From an uncultured Thermoplasmata archaeon (lineage in GTDB: Archaea; Thermoplasmatota; Thermoplasmata; Lutacidiplasmatales; UBA184), in the NCBI GenBank assembly GCA_963787975.1, contig CAWBEU010000008.1:125369-189368 (forward strand): a stretch of DNA of 64,000 nt. Direction: 5' to 3'. A program made the translations under genes and the position numbers. This document shows, one piece after another, positions 49,689 to 59,700 of this stretch (position 1 is its first letter; each line of letters starts with the position of its first letter). The notes under the pieces are model-generated. The model ran no database searches. It worked only from the letters and a program-made list of their open reading frames with translations, and had not been told where the DNA came from.

Positions 49689-50903
49689 CTATTTCATCTT
49701 GGGCGGGGGGCCGGGTACGAACGGCAACGGGACCACCGTCGCCGCGACGGGTCGTCCCCGGCTGTCAATCGCCATCGAGGTGCCTTCCACCGCCAGGGGC
49801 GTGGCGACGTAGCCGAGCGCGATGCCCCGTTGGAGCGTCGGCGAGAATCCTCCGCTCGTGACGGTACCCGCCGGTTGGTCGCCCGCGAGGATAGCCTGCC
49901 CGTGCCGGGGGATCGCGGCCGGGTCGGTCAGCATCAGGCCGACCAGTCGGATCGCGACGCCGGTCTCTTTCTGTTTCAGTAACGCCTCCCGACCGACGAA
50001 CGGGTGATCGAACTCGACGAACCGCTCCTGACCCGCCTCGAGGGGGGTCCGGTCCTCGTGGAAGTCCTGGCCCGACAAGAGATAGCCCTTCTCGAGGCGC
50101 AGCGTGTCGCGCGCGCCGAGGCCGCACGGTCGCACGCCGCCGGCCACGAGGCGCTCGGCGATGGCGTCGGCAACCGTTCCCCGGACGAACAGCTCGAAGC
50201 CCAGCTCGCCGGTGTACCCGGTCCGGGACACGAGCGCGTGTTCGCCGAGGGGGGCGGGGAACGGATCGTCCAGGAGGCGACCGACGTTCTCCGCCGGCGA
50301 AGCCGGGGTCCAGGGAAAGTATCCCGCGTGGAAGGGCGGAAGGCCGCGCAGCGACCATCCGAATAGACGTTCGAGCGTGGCCCGGGATTCGGGGCCCTGC
50401 ACCGCCAGGATCGCCACCTCGTCGTTGTACCGTTCGACCTCGGTGTCGGGCCGGCGATGCTCGTGGAGAAGGTCTCGGATCTTGCCCGCGCGAGCGGCGT
50501 TCGGTACCACGACGAACGCCGGAGGCGCCTCGTCGAGCCCTTGGTCGACGCGGGTGAGGATCAGGTCGTCCGCGATCTCCCCGGTAGCGTCGAGCAGGAA
50601 CGTGTACCGGCACTGGCCGGGGGAGATCTTGGAGGTGTTCGCGGTCGTCCGGCGGGAGAGCAGCGCCGGCGCGCTGGCCCCCCTCACGGAGAGGATCCCC
50701 ATATGGGAGACGTCGAAGAGACCCACCGAGGACCGGACCGCCCGATGCTCGTCCACGATGCTCCCGTAGTGGAGCGGCATCTCCCAGCCCGCGAACGGGA
50801 CCATCTGGGCGTGGTGGCGAAGGTGGAACGCGTAGAGCGGCGTCCGTCGCAGGGCGACCGCCCGGGCGGCGGGCGTCTCCAGCACTCCGGGGGCTTCCGT
50901 CAT
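49689..50903 (-). CDS. gcvT: Glycine cleavage system aminomethyltransferase T
   Basis: RTPLY..FAGWEMP, FDVSHMG, SRTGYTGELGFE, GLGARDTLRLEKG, VTSG. Confidence 0.96.
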   Translation of the reverse strand: MTEAPGVLETPAARAVALRRTPLYAFHLRHHAQMVPFAGWEMPLHYGSIVDEHRAVRSSVGLFDVSHMGILSVRGASAPALLSRRTTANTSKISPGQCRYTFLLDATGEIADDLILTRVDQGLDEAPPAFVVVPNAARAGKIRDLLHEHRRPDTEVERYNDEVAILAVQGPESRATLERLFGWSLRGLPPFHAGYFPWTPASPAENVGRLLDDPFPAPLGEHALVSRTGYTGELGFELFVRGTVADAIAERLVAGGVRPCGLGARDTLRLEKGYLLSGQDFHEDRTPLEAGQERFVEFDHPFVGREALLKQKETGVAIRLVGLMLTDPAAIPRHGQAILAGDQPAGTVTSGGFSPTLQRGIALGYVATPLAVEGTSMAIDSRGRPVAATVVPLPFVPGPPPKMK

Positions 50904-52057
50904 GTGACGATCTCCGGCAGTCGGTCATCGGCTAAAGCGCGGCGTATCTCGATCGCGATGCGCCGGCCGGAGCTCATCGGGGTGCGCCAGAGGGCGTTCC
51001 CGTACGGATGCCCGAGCGCGAGGTGGATGTTCGTCCCGCCTCCGATCCGCGCGGCGACGTCGAAGACCGACGCCTTGCCGTCACGGTCGATGCAGGTCTG
51101 GAGCGTGAAGGGACCGATGATACCGGGGGACGCGCGCGCTCGGGTGACCTCGACGAACCGCTCCCCGAAATCGAAGATCTCCTCTAACAGGGATTCCCGG
51201 ACGGTCAGCGTGCTATGGCCCACGACGGTGTAGTGCGGTATGGCGTGCGAACCTCGGATCTCGAGTTGCTGGGCGGCGGGGAGTCGCACGAGACCGTCGA
51301 GCGAGCTCTCGCGACGCTCGTCGACTCCCAGGAGCTCGAGTCCGTCCTCTCGGGGGGCGAGCGGCGAGAAGAAGAAATTGAAGTTGAAGACCGGTCCCAG
51401 GATGTACTGCTCGATCCGGGCCGCGGCGAGGTCGGCCGGAGTGATCGTTCCGGCCGCGATCAGGGTCTCGCTCTTCCGTTGGAACTCCTCGAAACTGGCC
51501 GCGGTGAAGAACCCCCTCTCCAGTCGACGGGTGGCGTGGGGGAGCTTCACGATCGCGAGTCCTTCGATCTCCTGCGGAGTGGGGATTCGCGCCGGTGCGG
51601 GGATACCGGCGTCGGCGAGCAGGGCGTAGTAGTTCTCCCGCTCGGTTCGCTCCTCGATCCGGAGCAGGTTCCGCGACCCGACCATCGGGACCCGGAAGGA
51701 CGACTCGAGGACGTCGAGCGGCACGTAGGAGCTCAGCGCGCGGTTCGGGACGATCAGCACCCCGTGCTCCCGGAGCCGGGCCTGGGCCTCAGGGGTCGCC
51801 GCGTCGGCGAACTTCGGAAAGGTCCAGACCTCGTCCACGCAGCCGCGGGTGACATGTCCTTCGGCGTCCCTGTGGGCTCGATAGTATCGGGAGTAGGTCC
51901 GGTCCCGGCCCCTCTGCGCCAGCACGAGGGTGTGGAATCCCTCCTCGACCGCCCCGTCGGCGATGTCGAGCGCCGAATGGGAACCGATCGCCCCGATGAC
52001 CGGCGGCCGGGGATACCCCGGCAGGAGCGCCTGAATTTCCGTCCGAGGAAGGACCAT
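50900..52057 (-). CDS. purP: PurP-family ATP-grasp ligase (FAICAR synthase or its paralogue)
   Basis: GSHSALDI..GAVEEGF, ERGFF, RESLLE, GIIGPF, RIGGGTN, MSSGRRIA. Confidence 0.9.
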   Translation of the reverse strand: MVLPRTEIQALLPGYPRPPVIGAIGSHSALDIADGAVEEGFHTLVLAQRGRDRTYSRYYRAHRDAEGHVTRGCVDEVWTFPKFADAATPEAQARLREHGVLIVPNRALSSYVPLDVLESSFRVPMVGSRNLLRIEERTERENYYALLADAGIPAPARIPTPQEIEGLAIVKLPHATRRLERGFFTAASFEEFQRKSETLIAAGTITPADLAAARIEQYILGPVFNFNFFFSPLAPREDGLELLGVDERRESSLDGLVRLPAAQQLEIRGSHAIPHYTVVGHSTLTVRESLLEEIFDFGERFVEVTRARASPGIIGPFTLQTCIDRDGKASVFDVAARIGGGTNIHLALGHPYGNALWRTPMSSGRRIAIEIRRALADDRLPEIVT

Positions 52058-52071
52058 TGTCGGAGGGGACC

Positions 52072-54267
52072 CTACAGGAGCTTAAGCGCTCGCGCCACGC
52101 GCTCCGGCGTCAAGGGCAGCTCGAAGACCCGGGTCCCCGTCGCATCGGCCACGGCATTCGCCACGGCCGCCGGAACCGGGATGATCGGCGGCTCGCCGAT
52201 CCCCTTCGCCCCGAACGGTCCCGCTCCCGCGAATCCCTCGATCACTTCGACATGGATCGGGGGAACGTCCCGGATCCGGGGAAGTCGATAGTCGAGCAGG
52301 CCCGGGTTCGCGAGACGCGCTTCCGGCGTCCACAGCATTTCCTCGGACAGCGCGGTGCCGAGTCCCATCACGACCCCGCCCTCGACCTGGGCGATCACCG
52401 CGGGCGGGTCGACGGCCTTGCCCAGATCATGGAACGCCGCGTACCGCACGACGCGAACGTGACCGGTTTCGCGGTCCACCTCGACCTCGGCCAGGTGAAC
52501 GGCCGCGGTGAAGTCCTGGTACGGATAGACCGTTCCAGCGAGCACGCGGGACAGGTCGATCTTCTGTTCCGGACCGTAGTACTTCCCGAGCGCCTCGATG
52601 CCTCCGGCGGCTCGTTCCGCCGGCGTGAGCAGGTCGACGAGTTTCTGCCGCCGGCGACCGGCGACGACCACGACCTGGCTGTTCTTCATCTCGAGCTGGA
52701 TCGCCTTGACGCCGGCGCGCGTCGCGAGGGTTTTCGCCAACGAGCGGGCCGCTTTCTCGACCGCCTGACCCAGGGCCCCGAGGGTTCGGCTCCCGAACAC
52801 GCCGGAGTCGAACGGCGCGGTAGCCGTGTCCCCGTACTCGACGCGGATCGCGTCGAGGGGCAGACCCAGCACACGCTCCGCCACGATGGCCAGTCCCTGG
52901 ACCACGCTGCCGTTCCCGATCTCACGCTCCCCTTCGAGTATCACCAGGCCATCGGCCTGGAGTAGTAGTCGTGCCTCGCCACCGGCGCCCACGCTCGTCG
53001 ACCAGAACCCGCACGCCACGCCGATGCCGTGGCCCGGCGGGAGGCCGGCACGCCACACACCGGCGGTCCGGGCGGCGGCCTCGAGGCCGGCCTCCAGGCC
53101 GAAGGGGCCGACGGGCTGGTCGTACGCGGTCCGGTCCCCCTCGCGCCATGCATGCAACTTTCGGAACTCGATCGGGTCGACGCCCAGCCGGCGAGCCAGG
53201 CCGTCGAGGTGCGACTCGAGCGCGAAGACCGACTGCGGGGCGAACGGCGCCCGGTGGGGACCGAAGGGTGGTTTGTTCGTCTGCACGGCGAATCCTTCGA
53301 TCTCGTACGTTTCGGTCCGGTAGGGACCGAGCAGGAATCCGATGGAATAGCCGACCGCGAAGTCCCGACCCGGCAAGGACGCACCGGTATCGAGCAGGAG
53401 GCGGACCCGGCGGCCCACGATGCGGCCTCGGTGGACCGCCGTGTCGAGACGGATGATCGCGGGGAGGGTCGTCCGTCCCAGTTCGAACTCCTCGGCGTAA
53501 GTGAGGGACAGCTTGACCGGCCGGCCGCTCGCCACCGCCAGCAGGAGGGCGTACGGCTCGAGGAAAGCGGCCCCTTTTCCACCGAACCCACCCCCGACCC
53601 AGGTCCCTTCGACGAGAAGGCGGGACTCCGGAATGCCAAGGATAGAGGCGACGTCCTCGCGAAGGCCGAACGGGGTCTGAGTGGAGGAACGGACACAGAA
53701 CGTTCCATCGCGGATCTCGGCGAGACAGGCATGCGGTTCGATGGCGACCTGGTGGACTCCCGAGGTACGGTACGTCTCCGAATGGACGAGTTCGGCGCTC
53801 CGGAACTTCGCGTCGACGTCGCCGTGCCGGGCGTGGACGTGGCCGACCACGCGGGGGTCCCGGGCGGCGGCCTCGGAGGGCCACTCGGGAAAAACGTCCT
53901 CGATCCGCGCATCGACCCGGAGCGACTCGACCTCGGGCGCGACGGCCGCGGCGGCGCGACGGGCCTGTTCTAGGGTCTCGGCCGCCACGGCGGCGATGGG
54001 TTCCCCGCGGTACCGGATCTCGTCAAGAGGGAAGACGGGCCGCTCGGCCTCGAGCGCTCCCTTGGGGAGAAGGGTGCGCAAGTCGTCCGGACCGACCACG
54101 GCCACGACGCCGGGCATCTTGCGCGCCTTGCTCAGGTCCATGCGGACGATCCGCCCGTGAGCCACCGGCGACCGGACCAGCGCCGCCCAGAGCATGCCGG
54201 GCGCCTCGAGATCCGTCCCATACTCGAGGGCGCCGCGCGCCTTCGGTTCGGCGTCGCGGCGGGTCAC
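52072..54267 (-). CDS. Xanthine dehydrogenase family molybdopterin-binding subunit
   Basis: RSPVAHG, IEPH, STQ, VGGGFGGK, FGSR, QVEGG, AKGIGE. Confidence 0.93.
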   Translation of the reverse strand: MTRRDAEPKARGALEYGTDLEAPGMLWAALVRSPVAHGRIVRMDLSKARKMPGVVAVVGPDDLRTLLPKGALEAERPVFPLDEIRYRGEPIAAVAAETLEQARRAAAAVAPEVESLRVDARIEDVFPEWPSEAAARDPRVVGHVHARHGDVDAKFRSAELVHSETYRTSGVHQVAIEPHACLAEIRDGTFCVRSSTQTPFGLREDVASILGIPESRLLVEGTWVGGGFGGKGAAFLEPYALLLAVASGRPVKLSLTYAEEFELGRTTLPAIIRLDTAVHRGRIVGRRVRLLLDTGASLPGRDFAVGYSIGFLLGPYRTETYEIEGFAVQTNKPPFGPHRAPFAPQSVFALESHLDGLARRLGVDPIEFRKLHAWREGDRTAYDQPVGPFGLEAGLEAAARTAGVWRAGLPPGHGIGVACGFWSTSVGAGGEARLLLQADGLVILEGEREIGNGSVVQGLAIVAERVLGLPLDAIRVEYGDTATAPFDSGVFGSRTLGALGQAVEKAARSLAKTLATRAGVKAIQLEMKNSQVVVVAGRRRQKLVDLLTPAERAAGGIEALGKYYGPEQKIDLSRVLAGTVYPYQDFTAAVHLAEVEVDRETGHVRVVRYAAFHDLGKAVDPPAVIAQVEGGVVMGLGTALSEEMLWTPEARLANPGLLDYRLPRIRDVPPIHVEVIEGFAGAGPFGAKGIGEPPIIPVPAAVANAVADATGTRVFELPLTPERVARALKLL

Positions 54268-54740
54268 TTCACTGCCTCGCGGGCCGCTTCCACGGCCTTC
54301 TGGATCGCGCAATAGCCCGTGCACCGACACAGATTTCCCTCCAATCCATCGAGCAGAGTGTCGACGCTGGGAGGAGACCCGCCGCCACTGAGTTGAGCGG
54401 CGAGCGCGACCACGAACCCCGGGGTACAGTAGCCGCACTGTACCGCGCCGGCCTCCGTGAACGCCTTGATCACCAGGCGGCCCACCTTTCCGGTCGCCAC
54501 CCCCTCGATAGTCGTGACCTTCTCCTCTGCGACCTCCTGGGACAGGACCAGACACGAGAGCGTCGGCTCTCCGTTGACCAGCACAGTGCAGGCGCCGCAG
54601 CCGCCCGTGCGGCATCCCTCCTTCGTTCCCTTGAGGCCGGCCCGCCAGCGCAAGGTGTCGAGCAGTCGCTCGCTGTCGGGAACCTTCTCGAACTGTCGGG
54701 ACTTGCCGTTGAGCGTGAGGGCTAGGGGTCCGTCGCTCAT
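54264..54740 (-). CDS. Xanthine dehydrogenase family [2Fe-2S] subunit
   Basis: GTKEGCRTGGCGACTV, QCGYCTPG, NLCRCTGY. Confidence 0.96.
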   Translation of the reverse strand: MSDGPLALTLNGKSRQFEKVPDSERLLDTLRWRAGLKGTKEGCRTGGCGACTVLVNGEPTLSCLVLSQEVAEEKVTTIEGVATGKVGRLVIKAFTEAGAVQCGYCTPGFVVALAAQLSGGGSPPSVDTLLDGLEGNLCRCTGYCAIQKAVEAAREAVK

Positions 54741-55606
54741 CGCGCGGCCTTCCGGGGGGTCGAAGCCTTGGGCATCCGGTCGAGCGTCGTCTGGATCGCG
54801 CGGCGGACAAGAACGCTGACCAGTCGACGGCGATAGGATTCCGTCGCCCGCTTATCCGAGACGAATTCTGCTCGACGCGCGGCCTCTTGAGCCGCGAGCT
54901 CCATCTCGAGATGCGTAGGGCGCGCGGATCGAAGCATCGCTTCCGCCTCGCTCAATCGACGCGCCCGTGGTTGGAGACCGCCCAAGGCGATCCGCCAGTG
55001 CGGTCCCTCGGGGAGGAACGCGGCCGCGACACCAACCTGGGAGATGTCGTTGACCGGCTGGACGCGTTGCCACAGATAGGTCGAGGGCGCGGAGGCAGGG
55101 AGGATCACCGACTCGATTAATTCCGCGGGCCCGAGGCTGGTGCGCCGCGACTCTTGGAGCACTATGTCGACCGGGTGCTCTCGCACGCCGCTCGGGCCGA
55201 CGATCCGGACCCGCGCGTCGAGCGCCAGCAAGATCGGAATGAGGTCCGACGCCGGGGAACATCGCCCCAAGTTGCCGCCCAGCGTCGCTCGACTCCGGAG
55301 CGCCGGGCTTCCGACATCCCGGATCGCCTCCCAGAGGCCTGGGAGCCGGCTCTGTACGTGAGGATCGAGCTCGAGGGCCCGCAACGGAAGCGTACTCCCG
55401 ACGACGAGCGAGTTGCCCTCCCAACGGAAGTACCTCCACGGCAGCTTCCGGAGCGAGAGGACCTGCGTCGGGGCGATCCGGGCCTGGTCGAGGTCGAACA
55501 AGAGGTCGGTGCCGCCCGCGAGGACCGCGATTTCGCCCACGGCCGAGCGCGAAAGGAGCCGGATGGCTTCCCCCGGAGTCGAGGGCCGGACCAGCTGAAA
55601 GCTCAC
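54737..55606 (-). CDS. Xanthine dehydrogenase family FAD-binding subunit
   Basis: LAGGTDL, RATLGGN, SPASD, DKRATESYR. Confidence 0.93.
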   Translation of the reverse strand: MSFQLVRPSTPGEAIRLLSRSAVGEIAVLAGGTDLLFDLDQARIAPTQVLSLRKLPWRYFRWEGNSLVVGSTLPLRALELDPHVQSRLPGLWEAIRDVGSPALRSRATLGGNLGRCSPASDLIPILLALDARVRIVGPSGVREHPVDIVLQESRRTSLGPAELIESVILPASAPSTYLWQRVQPVNDISQVGVAAAFLPEGPHWRIALGGLQPRARRLSEAEAMLRSARPTHLEMELAAQEAARRAEFVSDKRATESYRRRLVSVLVRRAIQTTLDRMPKASTPRKAAR

Positions 55607-55703
55607 GGCAAGCTCGACGGGACGGCGATTGATAGCCTTTCGGTGCGCGGGCTGCCCCGACGTGCAGTTTTATCCCTACGACCGGCTTCGCTCCCCGTTC
55701 GCC

Positions 55704-56213
55704 ATGCCGTTCGAGTTGACCCTTCGCTACACTACACCCCTTACTCCACTTCCCGATGTGGACGAAGTGCTGCAAGAATTCCTCCGGATGATCGGTTACC
55801 TGCCCGAGAGTTACGACACCCGGGGGGGAACGGGGCCGGTCGAGAGCCGCGTGGCCTATCGACTGGTCCGGGACTGCCTGATTCGGGCCCCATCCCGTCC
55901 CTGGTACATCGACGAGGTCGTCGCGGTGCTGAAAACGTCGAAGCCGACGGTCTATCGTCACATCAACAAACTGAAGTCGCTCGACCTGCTCGAAGAGGTC
56001 GGCGGATCCTCCGATGGAAAGGGCCGCAAGGGCTACCGCCTTCGGTACGGTAATCTCGCCCGGGCATGGGACTTCACGGAAGCCAACGCGCAGAACGCGC
56101 TCAAGCGATACCGGGAGACGGTGAATCACCTCCAGACGCTGCTCGAGCACGCCGAGAGCCCGGCTCCGGCCCCTGCTAGGGCGACCGCGCGGGCCAAGGG
56201 AATCCTTCAATAA
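55704..56213 (+). CDS. Winged-helix (ArsR/TrmB-like) transcriptional regulator
   Basis: IDEVVAVLKTSKPTVYRHINKLKSLDLLEE HTH. Confidence 0.8.
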   Translation: MPFELTLRYTTPLTPLPDVDEVLQEFLRMIGYLPESYDTRGGTGPVESRVAYRLVRDCLIRAPSRPWYIDEVVAVLKTSKPTVYRHINKLKSLDLLEEVGGSSDGKGRKGYRLRYGNLARAWDFTEANAQNALKRYRETVNHLQTLLEHAESPAPAPARATARAKGILQ

Positions 56214-56238
56214 TCCCGCCGCCCCACCATAGTCAGGA

Positions 56239-56553
56239 ATGACGATGGGCGGGACTCCTTCGACCGGTGCGGCCAAGAAGAACACGATCGCGTTGACCGT
56301 CGGCTCGAAGGTTCGTGTCCGTTCGGCGAGCAGCGAGAACGAGTCCCTCGTATCGAACGGAATGTTCCGCGGCCTCGTCTCGATCGGGGGAGACAGCTCC
56401 CTCGCCATCGAGCTCGATGGCACGGTCCCGGAAGAGAAGGGACGCACCCGCCTCATCCCGCTGAACGCCCTGCTCGCGCTCGACGTGCTCGAGGCCGCCA
56501 AGGCCGAAGAGGAGAAGCGTTCCGACCCGGCGAGCCCCGGCTACTTCGGCTGA
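56239..56553 (+). CDS. Hypothetical small beta-barrel protein, possibly Sm/Lsm-like
   Basis: GSKVRV..GMFRGLV..IELD..RLIPLNALLALDV pattern resembles Sm1/Sm2 motifs. Confidence 0.6.
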   Translation: MTMGGTPSTGAAKKNTIALTVGSKVRVRSASSENESLVSNGMFRGLVSIGGDSSLAIELDGTVPEEKGRTRLIPLNALLALDVLEAAKAEEEKRSDPASPGYFG

Positions 56554-56585
56554 CCGCGGGTGCCTTCCCGCCCGGCGGGATCGTA

Positions 56586-56692
56586 CGGGCTTGGTGGGAG
56601 TTTCGCCGCCCCGTCCACGGCGGCGGGCGGATTCGAACCCACGTCTTCGGCTTCGAAGGCCGAAAGGATAGTCCAGACTACCCTACAAGCCC
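56586..56692 (-). tRNA. tRNA-Arg(UCG) with a 32-nt intron in the T-loop (position 59/60; intron 56600-56631)
   Basis: Acceptor stem GGGCTTG/CAAGCCC; anticodon arm TCGGC-CTTCGAA-GCCGA; T-arm GTGGG-TTCGAA[intron]T-CCCAC; strict BHB at the junctions; TATA upstream. Confidence 0.93.
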
Positions 56693-56755
56693 GCGGCGGG
56701 TCGGACGCGCGGCCGCCTATATGGCCATTCCCGGCGAGCGGACGACCGCACGACG

Positions 56756-59700
56756 TCAGAGTTCGTCCGTCGGTTCCTCGACGGCTGGGGGGCCCTGGAA
56801 CGATTCCAGGGTGGTCTGGGCCAGGCTGCCAGGGAAGAGGGTCGCCAGCGACGTTTCGAGGAGCAGGATGCGTTGGCGCAAGTACGGGGGAACCCCCGTC
56901 GTGGACGCGAGGCGCTGGGACAGTCCGAGGTACTTCCGCACCGACGCTTCGAAGACGGTCGGCTGGAGCGCTCCCTCGCACGGCTTGCCTCCGCGCGGTC
57001 GCATCGTACATCGGCCCGACAGCGGTGGCCGGCGATAGGAGGTCCCGCAGACCTTGCACCGGAACTTCTGCGTCGCGTAGCTCTTCAGGTTCCCCATCAG
57101 ATCCGGAAGGAAGTGGGCATTGAGCACCAGCGACACGGCCTCCCCCACGTCGACGGCGCGGATCTGCGACGCGACCACGAGGGATTGTTCCACGATCCGG
57201 TCCATCGAGGGCGCCTCCCGGTACGCCGAGCGGACGGGACCTCCGGCAATGTCGGTGGTATCGTGGGTGAACCCGTAGCCCGACATCGCGCGATCGGTGC
57301 CGACCCGCTGGCTGACGGTCTCAATCAGGGGCTGGACCTCCTTGGCGGTCCCGCCCCTCGCCGCCGCCCGATAGAACTCAACCGGATACCGGAACGCAAT
57401 ATCGACGTTGTGGGCCTCGCTGTCGACTTCGGTCGCATTGAGTCGCGTCGTCAGCACGAGCGGCTTGTCCATCAATCCGCCCCGGCTGCTGGGAAGGTAC
57501 GCGCGGGAAAAGTTGAGCAACGCATCCAAGAGCAGCGTGAGCGAATCCTCGTCCCCGTCGCAGTTCCGTCGCTTGGCGGCGTGGAACACCGGGTGAGCAA
57601 AGCACCCCTCCGCCGCGGTGTACCCGATCAGGCGCCCCGCGACGGCGCCCGACGTGTGCGGCGCGAGGGCCGTGACGAGGTGGCCTCGGAGGTCCTCCGG
57701 CTTGCTCGCCCGGTAGAACGGGTCGAGGCCATAGAGCCGTACCAGCTCGTCATCCACGAACTGGGCGAGATGGGTCAGATAGACTCCGCACGAGTGAGAG
57801 ACGATCAGGTCCTGCGGCTGGAGCTCGGCCAGTTGGTCGATCTCCTCGAGCGGAGCGCCGACCCAGTCGCGCGTGTATCCCAGCTCGTGCGCCGTCTCGA
57901 TCGAGAGACCGATCTCTCGTGGGCGGAAGTGGGTGAGCGGAAGGTCGGTGAGATCGAATCGGGCCGTTCCATCTTGGTAAACCGAAATTCCATGGGAGGC
58001 GCGGAGAATCCCCTTCTCGATCGGCTCCGGAACCTTCCCCGCAGAAAGGAGCCCCTTGACGCCTTTGACGTTGGGTGGGGTCCGCCGTAGGTCGAGGCGC
58101 TCGACCGCATGGGCCCAGATGGGCGCGATCGATAGCTCCTGCGTCGTCACCTGGCCGGTCGCGCGGGTATGTCCACCGCAGCTGCACTGGGGCCAGACTG
58201 TCGTTCGGTGACACTGCGAACACTCCCGCACACCGAGCTGGGTCGGAACGCCGCGCCCGTGACTCTGGCGCGCCGCTTCGGGAAGGGAACGCTGGGCTCC
58301 GCCGGCGTCGCCGACCGGAAACAACACATGGACGTTGGGGCTCATCTTTCGCTGGCGGGCCTTCTCGGGGCGACCCACGCGGGCGCCGATTCGGGAAGGG
58401 CTTCGCGCGGGAATCGTCACCCCGGCCAAACGAGAGACGTAGGTGAGGGGTTCGATATCGACCGGCTCGGCGGGCGCCACCCGTGCGAGGCCGTGCCGGC
58501 CGGGAACCAAACCGAGACCAGCCACGAGCGCCTGGGAGAGTTCCTCCTCGCCCCGGAGAGTTCCCTCGCCCCGGGGGGCGTGGAGGAATCCCAGTCGAAC
58601 CAGCACCTCGCGAACCTCGGGGTCCCGCGGCAGTTCCAGGGCGTTGGATACCCAGCGCCCCTCGCGCTCGACGAACTCGGAGAGCGCCCGGATCTCTCCG
58701 GACGTCAGGTCGTGCCAGAACAATAAGAACCGGGGATGCAGCGGTACACCCCACTCTCGCCCGGTCTCCACGGCCTCGGCGAAACTCGGGTGATACGCCC
58801 GATCATCCAGGGGCACACCGGCGGCCCGGAGCTCCTCGAGATGCCACTCGAGCGTGTAGGCACCGGGAACCAGCGGGCGATTGTTCTCCAGGAACTCCCC
58901 GAAGGGAACCAGCAAACTACCAAGGTCCACGATGCGCTGGATGTGCGGGAGCAACTGCTCGGCGCGGTCGAGGTCATGGATGACGGTGAGGGTCCCGTCG
59001 TCCAAATCGACGATCGGTCCCTCGACGGTGTCGCAGAGCGTCATCGCCGTCGCCTTGCCCGGGTACTCGAGCTTGACCTGGGTCCCGACGGCGACGAAGT
59101 TTCGCAAGACCCTCATCGTGGCCGGATTGACCGCACACGAGGCGAGGCCGGTGGTCCGGGCGCGTCCGTAGGTCAACCGGAATCCTCCCGGACGATGCGG
59201 ATAGGCGAGCACCGGCCGGCCGCCCACCGCCTCGGCGAGATATTTCGGGCCGTGGGCACTTCCGTCCTCTTCCGACGTCGCGTGCCGCCCGAGGCGGTCG
59301 AGGAACTCCCACCCGTCGAGCCCCAGTCGCTGGACGATCTTCCGCAGCTTGGGTGCCTTCTGGCACAGGCCCTCGGCAATGACAAGGCAGGCCCCACCGC
59401 GGAGGCCATTCGTGGGAACTCGGGGAAGGTTCCGGAACGCGCTCACCTCGAGGTCACCCTCGGTGGACTCTCCCGAGATGCACACGGGCACGTTCTGAAC
59501 CACGGTGGCGACTTCGTCGGCCGACGGGACGTACTGGAGATGCTGAGAGTGCTTGTAGAGAGGAATCTCTTCCATGTACCGCTCCACCTCTCCGGGGAGC
59601 GGGTGGTACGCGCTGAGTCCAAGCTCGCGGCGGGCCACGTCGGCCAACAGAACCGACATCGCTTGGGCCGTTCCGCCGGCGGCCCGGATCGGGCCGGCGT

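Noticed and set aside
52072-54267. Aerobic CO dehydrogenase (CoxL form I)
   Set aside because: Lacks the AYxCSFR Cu-binding motif.
49689-55606. One operon linking the Mo-hydroxylase to purP and gcvT (purine/C1 pathway)
   Set aside because: A CTTAAG TATA at ~52081, ~24 nt upstream of purP, suggests independent transcription.
56600-56692. 3'-truncated tRNA marking an att site
   Set aside because: The missing 3' end (CCCACCAAGCCCG) is present 32 nt further on; it is an intron-containing gene.
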